From contig OZ024753.1 of assembly GCA_964016885.1 (NCBI GenBank), forward strand, positions 36,270,001 to 36,334,000: a stretch of DNA of 64,000 nucleotides. The letters are read 5' to 3'. Origin of the DNA: Eledone cirrhosa. Taxonomy: Eukaryota. The number at the start of each line of letters is the position of its first letter. Positions within the stretch are counted from its first letter, which is position 1. Positions 14,108 to 26,820 of this stretch are shown here, piece after piece. The notes under the pieces are model-generated. The model had not been told where the DNA came from and made no database searches. It was given only the letters and a program-made list of their open reading frames with translations. A program made the position numbers and the translations under genes.

Positions 14108-15203
14108 GAGTGGCGGACTGGGTCTAAAAATATTGGTTGCCAGGAGATGAAGGGGGCCTACCTACATATAGAATGCTATCATTTAATTTTTATAATGAAT
14201 AAATAACATTTTCGAAAAATGCATAAGTGGCCACAAAATAGTACAATCAAATTTTTGCGGAAAAATATCTAACTTTTTCCAATAAAAAATATTATGTATT
14301 TTGCGGAATCCAGAGACTTTCAATAGAAGTCGACCCTAAATATTACTAATACCTCTAGGAAAGTCATGAATGACACCACATTTTTTAAACTTTGATTTTG
14401 AAAGTAGGTTTATAATAATCAATTTTCATTATACTTTCGTAGTTGTCTCGGTGGCCTACTTGCAGGAATCGTGGTGATCCTGGTCTGAAGATCGATCCTG
14501 GTCAGGAGTAGGGTTTCCGGTAAATCAATTCAGTTTTTTCTATTGGTTGTAAAATAAAAACTAAAAAAGGTTACGTGTGCCTCCCGATCAGGATTGAACC
14601 CAAGGCCAGGGTCTCCACCATCTCTATTACCTACCGATAGGCCACAGAGACAAGTACGAAAATCTTATGAAAATTCATACTTATAAACCTACTTTCAAAA
14701 TGTTCAGTGTCGTTTAAGCCTTTCTTAATGTTATTGCTCCTACTTAAGGTCGACTTCTAAATCATTTGGGTGTTCCATAAATTACATCCTCGTTTTGTTT
14801 CTAGTATCATATATTTTGGATTCTAGTAATTCCCTGTGGAATTGGTTAATTGTTTTTATTAATTGCTAATTAATAATAATAATTGTTTCTACTTTAGGCA
14901 CAAGGCCAGCAATTACCCAGTGCATTACTGGTACTTTATTTTATCGATCGCGTAAGGATGAAAGGAAAAGTAAACCTCGGCGGGATTTGAACTCAGACTG
15001 TAATTAATAATAATAATAATTGTTAATTGCTTTGCTTAATTGTTTTATTTATTTGAAAAAAAAATGTTATTCTTTCTCTTAGATTTCAGGTATTTTTTTG
15101 AAGCAAAGCATTGGCCCCTAAAATACTACAGTGGGCCTTGCAATGCTACTGTGGGCCCCCTGGGGCCCAGTTGCCATTGGGCAACCTGGCAAGTGCGCCA
15201 CTG
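14108..15203. mobile_element. Old hAT-like MITE (CAGTGGCG-type ends) with nested insertions
   Basis: Imperfect TIR GAGTGGCGGACTGG/CAAGTGCGCCACTG; subterminal GGGCCC motifs; TSD not clean. Contains a fold-back (14294-14787) and a SINE fragment (14881-14997, minus). Confidence 0.6.
14294..14787. mobile_element. Diverged fold-back element whose arms end in inward-facing tRNA-like segments
   Basis: Mirrored blocks TAGAAGTCGACC/GGTCGACTTCTA, TTTTGAAAGTAGGTTTATAA/TTATAAACCTACTTTCAAAA, GTCTCGGTGGCCTA/TAGGCCACAGAGAC. Right arm (minus) has TGGCCTATCGG and GGTTCAATCC. Confidence 0.75.
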
Positions 15204-15408
15204 TATATATGCATGTATATATATATGAATATATATATATAAATATATATATCAGTATATATATATATATATATATATATAAATATATATATCAGTATAT
15301 ATATATATATATATATATATCAGTATATATATATATATATATATCAGTATATATATATATATATATATTTGCGCATGCATATATGTATGTATATCTATCT
15401 ATCTTTCT

Positions 15409-15483
<75 letters not shown>

Positions 15484-15566
15484 CGTGTGTGTACGTATAT
15501 GGTAGATAAACGGAAACAACACAGCAAGCAAACAATACAGCACAATTAGTTTAGCGCTTGAAAAGA

Positions 15567-15605
15567 TTCTTAACGTTTCGGACCACTAGTTCTTCATCAG
15601 AAGAA
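15567..15605 (-). ncRNA. Minimal type I hammerhead ribozyme (family E)
   Basis: Minus strand reads TTCTT CTGATGA AGAACTAGTGGTCC GAAACGTT AAGAA. Stem I TTCTT/AAGAA, palindromic ACGT stem III, stem II partly degraded. Confidence 0.72.
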
Positions 15606-15634
15606 AGAATGATAAATAAAAGAAGAAAGAAAAA

Positions 15635-15714
<80 letters not shown>

Positions 15715-15965
15715 GACTTAAAATCAAGAAGAAAGCAAGAACGGGGGGGGGGTTTCCTCATCAGTTGTCTACTGGCGATCTCGGATATTTCAACGCTTTA
15801 AAGACAATATATCTACCCCCAGCGCGCTCAATAACTAGGTAAGTTATTAGGAAAACGGAGAAGAGAGGGAGGGAAAATAGAAAGGAAAAGGGAAAAAAAG
15901 GGACGAAAAGTGAAGAAAAGAGAAAACAGCGAAAAAAACAACAATGTTGTTTGGTAAAGATATCC

Positions 15966-16017
<52 letters not shown>

Positions 16018-16320
16018 GAAGAGAGAAGAAACATTTAGATATAATTAGTAATAAAATGTATCATACCTAAACTGCTCCTAGATTCCTCGACTACGTAGTT
16101 TCGTGGCATAAACAAAAACAATACATCATAAAGATATAGAGTCCTTGCGAGGTCTGCCAACTTATCAAGAGGATACCTCATTTTACTAGTCTCAAGAACG
16201 CGTCTAGACGACGTGAGAAAGAATCCCAAAAGGCGGAGGGGGAGATAGTCACGCGATATAACGGTCGAGAAACAGAGCTAAGCCTCTTATAACCCCGAAG
16301 AAAATACCATATATATATAT

Positions 16321-16519
16321 AACGAAGGAAATGTGGTAAGGAACCAGGTGGACCATAACGCACCAAAGTACTCAATACCTAGGATAGTAGAGTGGGTAAT
16401 AGGAACGAGTAGGACCCCGACGGCTGAGCCCAAGCCGCCTCGACGGCTAACTCTGGACTTTTTAGTCCAGAGTTAGCCGTCGAGGCGGCTTGGGTTTAGC
16501 CGTCGGGGTCCTACTCGTT

Positions 16520-16524
<5 letters not shown>
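16321..16524 (-). mobile_element. Family C TA-embedded fold-back element
   Basis: Hairpin arms ~16399-16459/16464-16524; homologous to 13320-13513. Confidence 0.88.
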
Positions 16525-16565
<41 letters not shown>

Positions 16566-16943
16566 CATATATATACATAGTGTATGAATGCGCACGCATT
16601 TTTGTTGGTAAGAGATGATATATCTAAAAGAGTCAGATGGTTGCAAGACGTGAGAAAGAGACAGGGTGAGGCTGGTAATGGAAGAGTAAGGAAGTCGAAG
16701 GAAGAGCCATGCTGAGCATAAGTTGTAGCATAGATATAGAACAAAAGAAAGAAGCGAAGAATATATTGCTTTTATGGCGGGGTGTTGGGGGGGGGGGGTC
16801 TGGGGCTAGGGGTTGTGGTGGAGTGTAGGGGTTTGTCTCAATGTGTTTTGGTTGTCTGCTATCGCTGCTTTCTCAATCATATCGTTAAACATCCATTTAA
16901 AGATGAAGAAGAAGGAGAACATCATGGAAGAAGTATAAAAACA

Positions 16944-16990
<47 letters not shown>

Positions 16991-16991
16991 C

Positions 16992-17022
<31 letters not shown>

Positions 17023-17064
17023 AATGGCTGTTCGTAAAGAGACCACAGATAGATAAGGTACTGA

Positions 17065-17096
<32 letters not shown>

Positions 17097-17559
17097 CTCT
17101 CTCTCTATATATATATATAGAGAGAGAGAGAGGGAGAGAGATGAGGGGTTATATTCTGTATCAACGAAAGAAGACGAAGATGATAATGATGATGATGGTT
17201 AGTATGGGGATGATGATGATGATGACGATGGTGAAAAAAAAAAACAGCTGACGAAAGGGGTATCTAAAACAACAATAAATAAATAAATAAATAAACAATA
17301 AGAATAAGACAAACAAGATGGCAGAAGATGGTTGGTGAGTGTTGGTGAGTGTTGTAAATGTTTTCGTTTCTACTGTCAGACTATCATGGACAAGATGGCG
17401 TTGGAAACATATCTATTCACGGTTGAGTGAATGACTACAACAACTACAACAACAGCAATAATACCAACACCGTCATCCTCATCATCATCCTCATCATCAT
17501 CATCATCATCGACAACAACAACTATGACAACGTCGTCATCATCATCATCAACATCATTT

Positions 17560-17778
17560 TTGATAGAAATGCCGTCAAAATGTCAACATAATGGAATATT
17601 TGATAGAAATGTCAAAATGTCAACATAATGAGATTTTAGATAGAAATGCGGTCAAAATGTCAACATAATGAGATTTTGGATAGAAATGCCGTCAAAATGT
17701 CAACATAATGACATTTTTGATAGAAATGCCGTCAAAATGTCAACATAATGACATTTTAGAAATAAATGCCGTGAAAAT
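17560..17778. repeat. ~39-40-bp minisatellite, ~5 copies
   Basis: Unit GATAGAAATGCCGTCAAAATGTCAACATAATGACATTTT. Confidence 0.9.
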
Positions 17779-18121
17779 GAGAAATAAGCTGGTGCACAAA
17801 AGTGACTGGAAGAAGGAAATAAAGAAAGGCGATGTACAAGACAAGTTTACACACAAACACATCACCACCTAGCATGTTTGGTGTGATTCAAACCTTGATA
17901 GAGAAATCCTATTAGCCAGGTAAACGATTGCTTCAGAATTTTATATACATTGATTTTTATATTCAGTGATTTGAGGGAAAGATTTGGCTGTTAATTTTAC
18001 CTGGTCAAGTAACTTGTGAGGATAGTAGCCTCTTCGTGAAGAAATTTCATTCACTTGACTGTAGTAGTCCGACACGAAGGAGAGATTTTTAATTGCTATT
18101 TCTAACAAGTAGGGTAACTCA

Positions 18122-18410
18122 GAGCTGTATGGGAGCCTGCCAAAAGTCAGCTCAAAAGTGACAAGAGGAGACTGAGGTTAGCTGGACATGCTCACCGACA
18201 TCCAGAGTTGACACTGCTCTCAGTGCTCCTGTGGTAGCCCCTGCATGGACACACTGGAAGAGGAAGACCAAGGTTAACGTATGTTGATGCCCTAAGGACA
18301 GACACTGGTCTGTTGGAGACGCAGGACATGGCAGCGATAATGAGGGACAGAGACCGCTGGAGAGAACTCGTTCATGGACTTCGGGAATTTTACCCGCCCT
18401 AGATAGATAG
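18122..18410 (+). mobile_element. RTE-clade LINE 3' relic
   Basis: ELYGSLPKVSSKV/RRLRLAGHAHRHPE...LLW*PLHGHTGRGRPRLTYVDALRTDTG...MRDRDRWRELV, a typical RTE ORF C-terminus with one frameshift and one stop. Short AGAT tail. Confidence 0.88.
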
Positions 18411-19309
18411 GGTAACCAGGTAGAAGCTACATTGTTATCTATGCTCCAAAGTGTCTTGTCAATCAGGGTTGATCGGTACATAAACAGTAACAACAACAAC
18501 AACAACAACAACAAGCATCAGCAATGTACATCGCAAGAAAGACGTGGATTGGTATTGAAGTAAATGTTTTAAAAGGTAAAAAGCATAGAAGAAGAAGAAG
18601 AAGAAGAAGAAGAAGAAGAAGAAGAAGAAGAAGAAGAAATAGGAACAAAACCAAGAACAACCAAAAATACCCATATCAAATACAACAATAACAACAGGAA
18701 CAACTACAACAACAGCACCAAAATACAGAACAACAATAACAAGCGTAACAATAACAACAACAGCAACTACAACAACAACAGCAATAACAACAACAGCAAT
18801 AACAACAACAGCAACAACAACAGCACGAACAATAGCAATGACATAACTTAGAGAGAAGCTGAGAAAAAACAACAACACGGCAAGAATAACAGTGGAAATG
18901 ACAGCAACAACAATATTACGAATATAAGAAATAAAAATATATATGTATGAAGGTATGTGTGTATATATATATAGTATACATGTTTATATATATATATATG
19001 CATATATGTGTGAGTATGTATATATATATATACATATATATTATATATATGCATATATGTGTGAGTATGTATGTATATATGTATATATATATTATATTTA
19101 TATATATATATGCATATGTGTGAGTATGTATATAATATATATATATATATATATATACATACATATATACATACATACTCACACATATATGCATATATAT
19201 ATATAATATATATATACATATATACATACATACTTACACACATATATATATATATATATTATATATATACATATATATACTCACACATATATGCATATAT
19301 ATATACACT

Positions 19310-19355
<46 letters not shown>

Positions 19356-19367
19356 CTCACACACATA

Positions 19368-19414
<47 letters not shown>

Positions 19415-19600
19415 TCACACACATATGCATATATATATATATATATATATACTCACACACATATGCATATATATATATATATACTCACACACATATGCAT
19501 ATATATATATATATACTCAGACATATATGCATATATATATATATATATATATATATACTCACACATATATATTATATATAAACACACACAAACACACACC

Positions 19601-19652
<52 letters not shown>

Positions 19653-19862
19653 CAATATAAGAATAAGGTGTAGCTGGTTTGTAAAATGTCAGTGTACGTA
19701 TGTAAGAATGGCATTAGAAAGATGAAAGGGAAATCTTCAGATGTTTCTAAGAAAATGTTTATTGATGATTGACAAAAGGTAGAAGTTAGAGGCGACCTTT
19801 AACGAAACTTTGTTTTAAGGACAGAACTGTTCTGTGGCTACCGATAACAAAATGACTTACAC

Positions 19863-19909
19863 CTGTTTCTAGAAATATAGTGTCTTAAAATGCCAACGAG
19901 ATTGACGAC
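19863..19909 (-). CDS. Candidate small coding exon (VVNLVGILRHYISRN)
   Basis: Acceptor cacaag|GTC. Donor CAG|gtgtaagt (phase 2) or GT|gtaagt (ends 19861, phase 1). Continues the frame of the 43631 exon. Confidence 0.38.
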
Positions 19910-19914
19910 CTTGT

Positions 19915-21000
19915 GATGGTGGTGGTGGTGGTGGTGGTGTTGGTGGTGATGGTGGGTGGTAGTGTTGGTGATGTTGTTGGTGGTGTTGGTGGTCTTGGTG
20001 GTGGTGGTGTTGGTGATGATGGTGGTGGTGGTGTTGGTGATGATGGTGGCGGGTGGTGTTGGAGGTGTTGGTGGTGGTGGTGTTGGTGGTGTTGTTGGTG
20101 TGTTGGTGATGGTGGTGGTGGTGTTGGTGATGGTGGTGTTGGTGGTGGTGTTGGTGATGATGTTGGCGGTGGTGTTGGTGGTGTTGTGGTGGTGGTGGTG
20201 TTGGTGATGTTGTTGGTGGTGTTGTGGTGGTGGTGGGATGGTGGTGGTGTTGGTGATGGTGGTGGTGATGGTGTTGGTGGTTGTGGTGGTGTTGGTGGTG
20301 GTGGTTGTGGTGGTGTTGGTGATGGTGATGGTGTTGGTGTTGGTGGTTGTTGGTGATGATGGTGGTGGTGTTGGTGATGATGGTGGTGATGTAGGTGGTG
20401 GTGATGATGATGGTGGTGATGCTGGTGGTGGTGGTGATGTTGGTGATGATGGTGGTGGTGGTGATGTTGGTGATGATGGTGGTGGTGTTGGTGGTGTTGG
20501 TGATGATGTTGGTGGTGTTGGTGATGATGATGGTGGTATTGGTGGTGGTGGTGGTGATAGTGGTGATACTGCTGGTGGTGGTGGTAGTTGTGATGGAAAA
20601 TGATGATGATGATGCTGGTGTTGGTAATGATGGTGGTGTTGGTGGTGGTGGTGGTGGTGGGTGATGCTGCTGCTGGTGGTGGGAGTTGTGATGGAAATGA
20701 TGATGATGATGATGGTGTTGGTGATGGTGGTGGTGTTGGTGGTGTTGGTTATGATGATGGTGGTGATGATGATGGTGGGTGGTGATGATGGTGATGATTG
20801 TGATGGTGATGATGAGGAGGGTGACGATGGTGGTAATGGTGGTAATGATGGTGATGATGGTGGTTGATGGTGTTGCTGATGATGACGGCGGTTACGAGGA
20901 TGGTCGTGTTGGTATGGTAGAGGTGATGATGAGAAGGATGACGATGGTGGTAATGATAGTGATGATGATAACGGCGATGGTGGTGACGGTGATGATGATG
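19915..21000. repeat. Degenerate (GGT/GAT/GTT)n trinucleotide tract
   Basis: Continuous low-complexity triplets; source of spurious poly-V/G ORFs. Confidence 0.95.
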
Positions 21001-21044
21001 ATTATATCTGCCTATCTATCTGTTTGTCCCCCCCCCCCCTTCTC

Positions 21045-21092
<48 letters not shown>

Positions 21093-21180
21093 ATTTTTAT
21101 GTTTTGCGATCACCTCCCCTTCCCGCTTGGTGACGGTGTGAGATTTCTCTTTGTGAGACTGTTGGAATTTCAAATTTGGC

Positions 21181-21551
21181 GGTCACTCTAACACTGACGG
21201 GTATCATTTATATCGATAGTGTTGGGCATCCACTGATGATTTATAAGTGCCCACCTGCATATATTCCTACATACTATGTGTAGGCTTCTACATAACCTGG
21301 ACATTATTTTCCCAACTTGTAGAAAACTTATAATGAAACGATCGTTTGGAAAGAGGATGTATTTAATTATGTCTCATATAAAATAATACAACTGGCTATC
21401 CGCAAAATACGTATAGTTAGCACCCCAAACGTATAATATATACTAAGTATAATATACTACGTATAATATACTAAGGGTATATCCTAATGTTTGTTGAGTG
21501 AGATGGAAGTCGGTCGGAGTATTGCTTAAAGCTTTCTCTGTTAATGTATTA
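21181..21551 (+). mobile_element. Family B hammerhead-bearing element with (TA)n 3' flank
   Basis: Near-identical inverted copy at 52443-52819. Both end ...TTAATGTATTA(TA)n. Confidence 0.9.
21229..21350 (+). ncRNA. Type I hammerhead ribozyme with long branched stem II (family B)
   Basis: TCCA CTGATGA T TTATAAGT...ACTTATAA T GAAA CGATCG TT TGGA. Stem I TCCA/TGGA, 8-bp stem II base, palindromic stem III. Predicted cut after 21346. Confidence 0.8.
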
Positions 21552-21552
21552 A

Positions 21553-21585
<33 letters not shown>

Positions 21586-21747
21586 TACATATATCGGTCC
21601 ATCTCTCTACATATCTACTATATCTACTTATTGTTATTGAGAATGTCCCTCCGCTCTCTCTTCATCTCTTATCTTTTGCACACACATATATACACGCATG
21701 TACACACACACACATATATACATATATATGTACACACATACATACAT

Positions 21748-21791
<44 letters not shown>

Positions 21792-22137
21792 TATATATAG
21801 TCTTCATGTCGTCCCAAAGTATTCTATGTATAACTTTTTAAAAATAACTGGGTTAGTTAACGATGCATTTCGTCTTCTTGTTCAGCAGAAGTATCTAAAA
21901 AACAGTTAATTCACACACAACCCCCCCCCCCCCCACACACACACAAACTCTACATATATTCTGCAAAAGAAAACGCACAAAAAACAAACAAAATATAAAA
22001 GAAATACAGTTAAAACATACAAACATTACAAAAAACAAACATTACATAACAATGTTAAATGCCACCTCTTGTGATATTAGATAGAGTTGCTGTGGTTTTG
22101 TTTGTCTTTTGAAAGTTATTTTTACTAAAATGGTTGC

Positions 22138-23640
22138 ATGGTAGGCTAATTCATGGCTGTGTGGTAGGGTAATGTATGGCTGTGTTGTAGGCTAATTTCA
22201 TGGCTGTGTGGTAGGGTAATGTATGGCTGTGTTGTAGGCTAATTCATGGCTGTGTGGTAGGGTAATGTATGGCTGTGTTGTAGGCCTAATGGTATGGCTG
22301 TGTTGTAGGCTAATGTATGACTGTGTTGTAGGTAATTCATGCTGTGTGGTAGGGTAATGTATGGCTGTGTTGTAGGCTAATGTATGACTGTGTTGTAGGC
22401 TAATTCATGGCTGTGTGGTAGGGTAATGTATGGCTGTGTTGTAGGCTAATTCATGGCTGTGTGGTAGGGTAATGTATGGCTGTGTTGTAGGCTAATTCAT
22501 GGCTGTGTGGTAGGGTAATGTATGGCTGTGTTGTAGGCTAATTCATGGCTGTGTGGTAGGGTAATGTATGGCTGTGTTGTAGGCTAATGTATGGCTGTGT
22601 TGTAGGCTAATGTATGACTGTGTTGTAGGGTAATTCATGGCTGTGTGGTAGGGTAATGTATGGCTGTGTTGTAGGCTAATTCATGGCTGTGTGGTAGGGT
22701 AATGTATGGCTGTGTTGTAGGCTAATGTATGACTGTGTTGTAGGCTAATTCATGGCTGTGTGGTAGGGTAATGTATGGCTGTGTTGTAGGCTAATTCATG
22801 GCTGTTGTGTAGGGTAATGTATGGCTGTGTTGTAGGCTAATTCATGGCTGTGTGGTAGGGTAATGTATGGCTGTGTTGTAGGTGGGGCTAATGTATGGCT
22901 GTGTTGTAGGCTAATGTATGACTGTGTTGTAGGGTAATGTATGGCTGTGTTGTGGGCTAATGTATGCCTGTGTTGTAGGGTAATGTATGCCTGTGTTGTA
23001 GGGTAATGTATGGCTGTGTTGTAGGGTAATGTATGCCTGTGTTGTAGGGTAATGTATGGATGTGTTGTAGGGTAATGTATGGCTGTGTTGTAGGCTAATG
23101 TATGGCTGTGTTGTAGGGTAATGTATGGCTGTGTTGTAGGGTAATGTAATGGCTGTGTTGTGGGCTAATGTATGACTGTGTTGTAGGCTAATGTATGGCT
23201 GTGTTGTAGGCTAATGTATGGCTGTGTTGTAGGGTAATGTATGCTGTGTTGTAGGGTAATGTATGGCTGTGTTGTGGGCTAATGTATGACTGTGTTGTAG
23301 ACTAATGTATGGCTGTGTTGTGGGCTAATGTATGACTGTGTTGTAGGCTAATGTATGCCTGTGTTGTAGGCTAATGTATGACTGTGTTGTAGGCTAATGT
23401 ATGCCTGTGTTGTAGGCTAATGTATGGACTGTGTTGTAGGCTAATGTATGGCTGTGTTGTAGGGTAATGTATGGCTGTGTTGTAGGCTAATGTATGCCTG
23501 TGTTGTAGGCTAATGTACGGCTGTGTGGTAGGCTAATGTATGGCTGTGTTGTAGGCTAATTCATGGCTGTGTGGTAGGCAAAAGGATGGGTACGTGGTAG
23601 GCTAAGTGTTAGGCTGAGGCAGGTCTGTGTGGTAGGCTAT
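22138..23640. repeat. 23-bp minisatellite, ~65 units with variant patterning
   Basis: Units GGCTGTGTTGTAGGCTAATTCAT / GGCTGTGTGGTAGGGTAATGTAT. Confidence 0.96.
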
Positions 23641-23649
23641 TGTTTGGCT

Positions 23650-23838
23650 GTTAGACAAAATGCCCTGCAGCAATTAGTTACGCCCCTTTATGTCCTGAGT
23701 TCAAATCCCGCCGAGGTCAGCTTTGCCTTTCATCCTTACAGGGTCGATAAATAAAGTATCAGTAACCCACTGGGATCGATTTAATCGACTTTCGCCTTCC
23801 CTTCAAATTGCTGGCCTTGTGCCAAATGTACAAACTAT
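23650..23838 (+). mobile_element. tRNA-derived SINE (dominant family)
   Basis: CTGAGTTCAAATCCCGCCGAGGTC..CTTTGCCTTTCATCC..GTCGATAA..GCTGGCCTTGTGCC. Confidence 0.85.
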
Positions 23839-23846
23839 AAATAAAT

Positions 23847-23981
<135 letters not shown>

Positions 23982-24301
23982 TATATATATATGTGTGCAG
24001 AGGCGGCAATCATGTACATCAACATTTATATATCCTTATGAATAATGTGTACACTCACACACACACACACACATATATATACAAAAAATAGCGTGGAGGG
24101 ATGGAGAGAGATGAAATATCTCAAATATACGAAGTAATTTACAGACATATGACATATAGAGATACACATTTACATATGCATGAACATATATTTTATTTAC
24201 AAAACAATAACATTTGTACATATACGTAAGTTTATATAAACACGCACACAGATGCATATATATATGTATGTGTGTGTGTATATATATACATACATACACA
24301 C

Positions 24302-24369
<68 letters not shown>

Positions 24370-24541
24370 ATAAACGCACAACATGCTATCATTTTGCTTT
24401 ATCTTTTACTGTTTCCTATCTTCCTTTTTTTCATTATATTTTTATCATTATTATAGTTATTATTATTTATTTATCTATTTTATTTTATTTTATTTTATTT
24501 TATTTTATTCTATTTTATTTGTTTTTTTGACATTTTACTTC

Positions 24542-24773
24542 TTAGATAAAATTTTCGTAAGTTTCTCCTCGAAGAAATTTCCCATTCGTGGCAACTTTCA
24601 AGTGATTGGCACGTTTCGATTTTCTTTTGGGAATCCTTCGGCTGTTAACACTTGAATCTTTGAACTTTAGCTCGTTAAAAAGCGAAAGCCTATGTATGTG
24701 TTTGTGACTTGAGAAGTTTCGTGAGAAGACAAGTTTAGAATGATATTTATTATTGGATAAATCAGGCATGTAA
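24542..24773 (-). CDS. Possible terminal exon / short ORF of unknown function
   Basis: Strong acceptor ttcttatattctcag| then a non-repetitive open frame (YMPDLSNNKY...GETYENFI*). No recognisable motif. Confidence 0.2.
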
Positions 24774-24947
24774 CTGAGAATATAAGAATTGTAGAAAATG
24801 GTCGAAGATGTTTCTCTCTCTTAATGGATAATCATTAAAATCGAACTACTTTCCCTGATCTCAATTGGTTATTTTCGTTTCGTTTGTATGGCTCTGTAGG
24901 CGGGCTTGGCTGTGTTTGGGTTCGGTTTGAACACACCAAAGAGGGAA

Positions 24948-24982
<35 letters not shown>

Positions 24983-24987
24983 AAGGG

Positions 24988-25028
<41 letters not shown>

Positions 25029-25151
25029 AAGTGGAGATAGATAAATAGATAGATAGAGAGATAGAGAGAGAGAGAGAAAGGGGAGAGCGATAGATAGACA
25101 GATAGAGAGATAGAGAGAGAGAGAGAAAGGGAGAGCGATAGATAGACAGAC

Positions 25152-25200
<49 letters not shown>

Positions 25201-25465
25201 CATTAGCACTTACATAACTCAACAGATATCTCTCTCACACATATATAAAAAATACACACAAATATACACATACACACAAATACACACAGTCGCACACACA
25301 CATGAATTTCTAAACACACACACATACACAAACATGCATATATATATATATATATAGACACACACACACCATATAATGTATATATACATATATGTATATA
25401 TATATACACACACACACACACAATGAATATATACATACATATATATACACACATAATGTATAGAT

Positions 25466-25507
<42 letters not shown>

Positions 25508-25781
25508 ATGTATAGATACATATATATATATACACACATACAATGTATATATACATATATATATACACACATACAATGTATATATACATACACACACATA
25601 TATATACAGACACAATGTGTGTGTGTATATATATATACACACACATAAACATACATTATCTCTCTCTCATACACACACACACATATGAATCTTATTATTT
25701 AAAGTGTGAACTTTTCATAACGAAAAATTCAACAACAACAACCACATAAACAGCAACAGCAACAACAACAACAACAACAAC

Positions 25782-25817
<36 letters not shown>

Positions 25818-26354
25818 TTATCATCAGATTTGTTGAATAATATTTTCGTTATCTTGGAATCTCTTGGAATAATATTGCAAAGCTGAAGTATTTGTTTACA
25901 ACAACATTTTGAATTCTCAACAAGATATATAGATTATAGAATATTTCTGGCGAAGAAATTCTTCGATAGTTTTGGCCTTTGTTTATTTATTTATTATTTT
26001 ATTTGATTTTTAATTGTTTTTTTTTTTATAATGTTTTTTTTTTTTTTGTTGTTATAGTGAAGCGAACTATTTTTTGTTTGATTTTTTATATTGTTGTGAA
26101 GTAAACTATTTTTTGTTTTATTTTAATGTTGTGAAGAGAACTATTTTTGTTTGATTTTTTTATATTGTTGTGAAGTAAACTATGTTTTGTTTTATTTTAA
26201 TGTTGTTGTGAAAGAGAACTGTTTTTAAAAATATTTTTTAAATATAAATTTAAAGTGTAATTTAAAAATTTTTTTTTATAAATTTAGTTCAGGGCTTTTT
26301 ACAAAGTCATAATGTCGTTGCTGGTTCTCCGTCTCTTCCGACGATGAGTGCTCA

Positions 26355-26625
26355 ATTTGATTCAATCAACGGAACTTCTTGCTCGTTAAATTAACAAATA
26401 AGTGGGTGGCTGAATATTCAACAGGCACGTGTACTCTAAACGTAGTTCTCAGGGAGATTCAGCGTGACACAATGTGTGATAAGGTTGGACCCTTGAATTA
26501 CAGGTACAACTAATTTTTGCTAACAGAGGACTGAAGCAAAATGAAATAAAGTGTCTTGCTAAAGGACATAACACTCTGCCCGAAAGACCAGTACCCTAAC
26601 CATTACTCCAAAAGCCTCTAACATA
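26355..26625 (-). mobile_element. tRNA-derived SINE of a second family (resembles octopus OK-type SINEs)
   Basis: CGTAGTTCTCAGGGAGATTCAGCGTGACAC...TGAAATAAAGTGTCTTGCT.AAGGACA. Shares the CTTG.GCAAGACACTTTATTTCA block with 30486 and 51899 SINEs. Family name recalled, not searched. Confidence 0.7.
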
Positions 26626-26632
26626 AAGTCAT

Positions 26633-26820
26633 AATTGTTTCTACTTTTGGCACAAGGCCAGCGATTACCCCAGTGCACCACTGGTACTTTATTTTATCGA
26701 CCTCATAAGGATGAAAGGCAAAGTTAACCTCGGCGGATTTGAACTCAGAACGCAAAGGGCCATAACTATGCTGCAAAACATGAGGTCTGACGCTCTACCG
26801 ATACTGCCAAACCACTGCCT
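26633..26820 (-). mobile_element. tRNA-derived SINE (dominant family)
   Basis: Full-length reverse-complement match to 4617-4810. Confidence 0.88.

Noticed and set aside
15740-15830. Minus-strand GACAA CTGATGA G GAAACCCC as a hammerhead
   Set aside because: No stem II, and the cleavage-site/stem I register does not fit; at most a deleted remnant.
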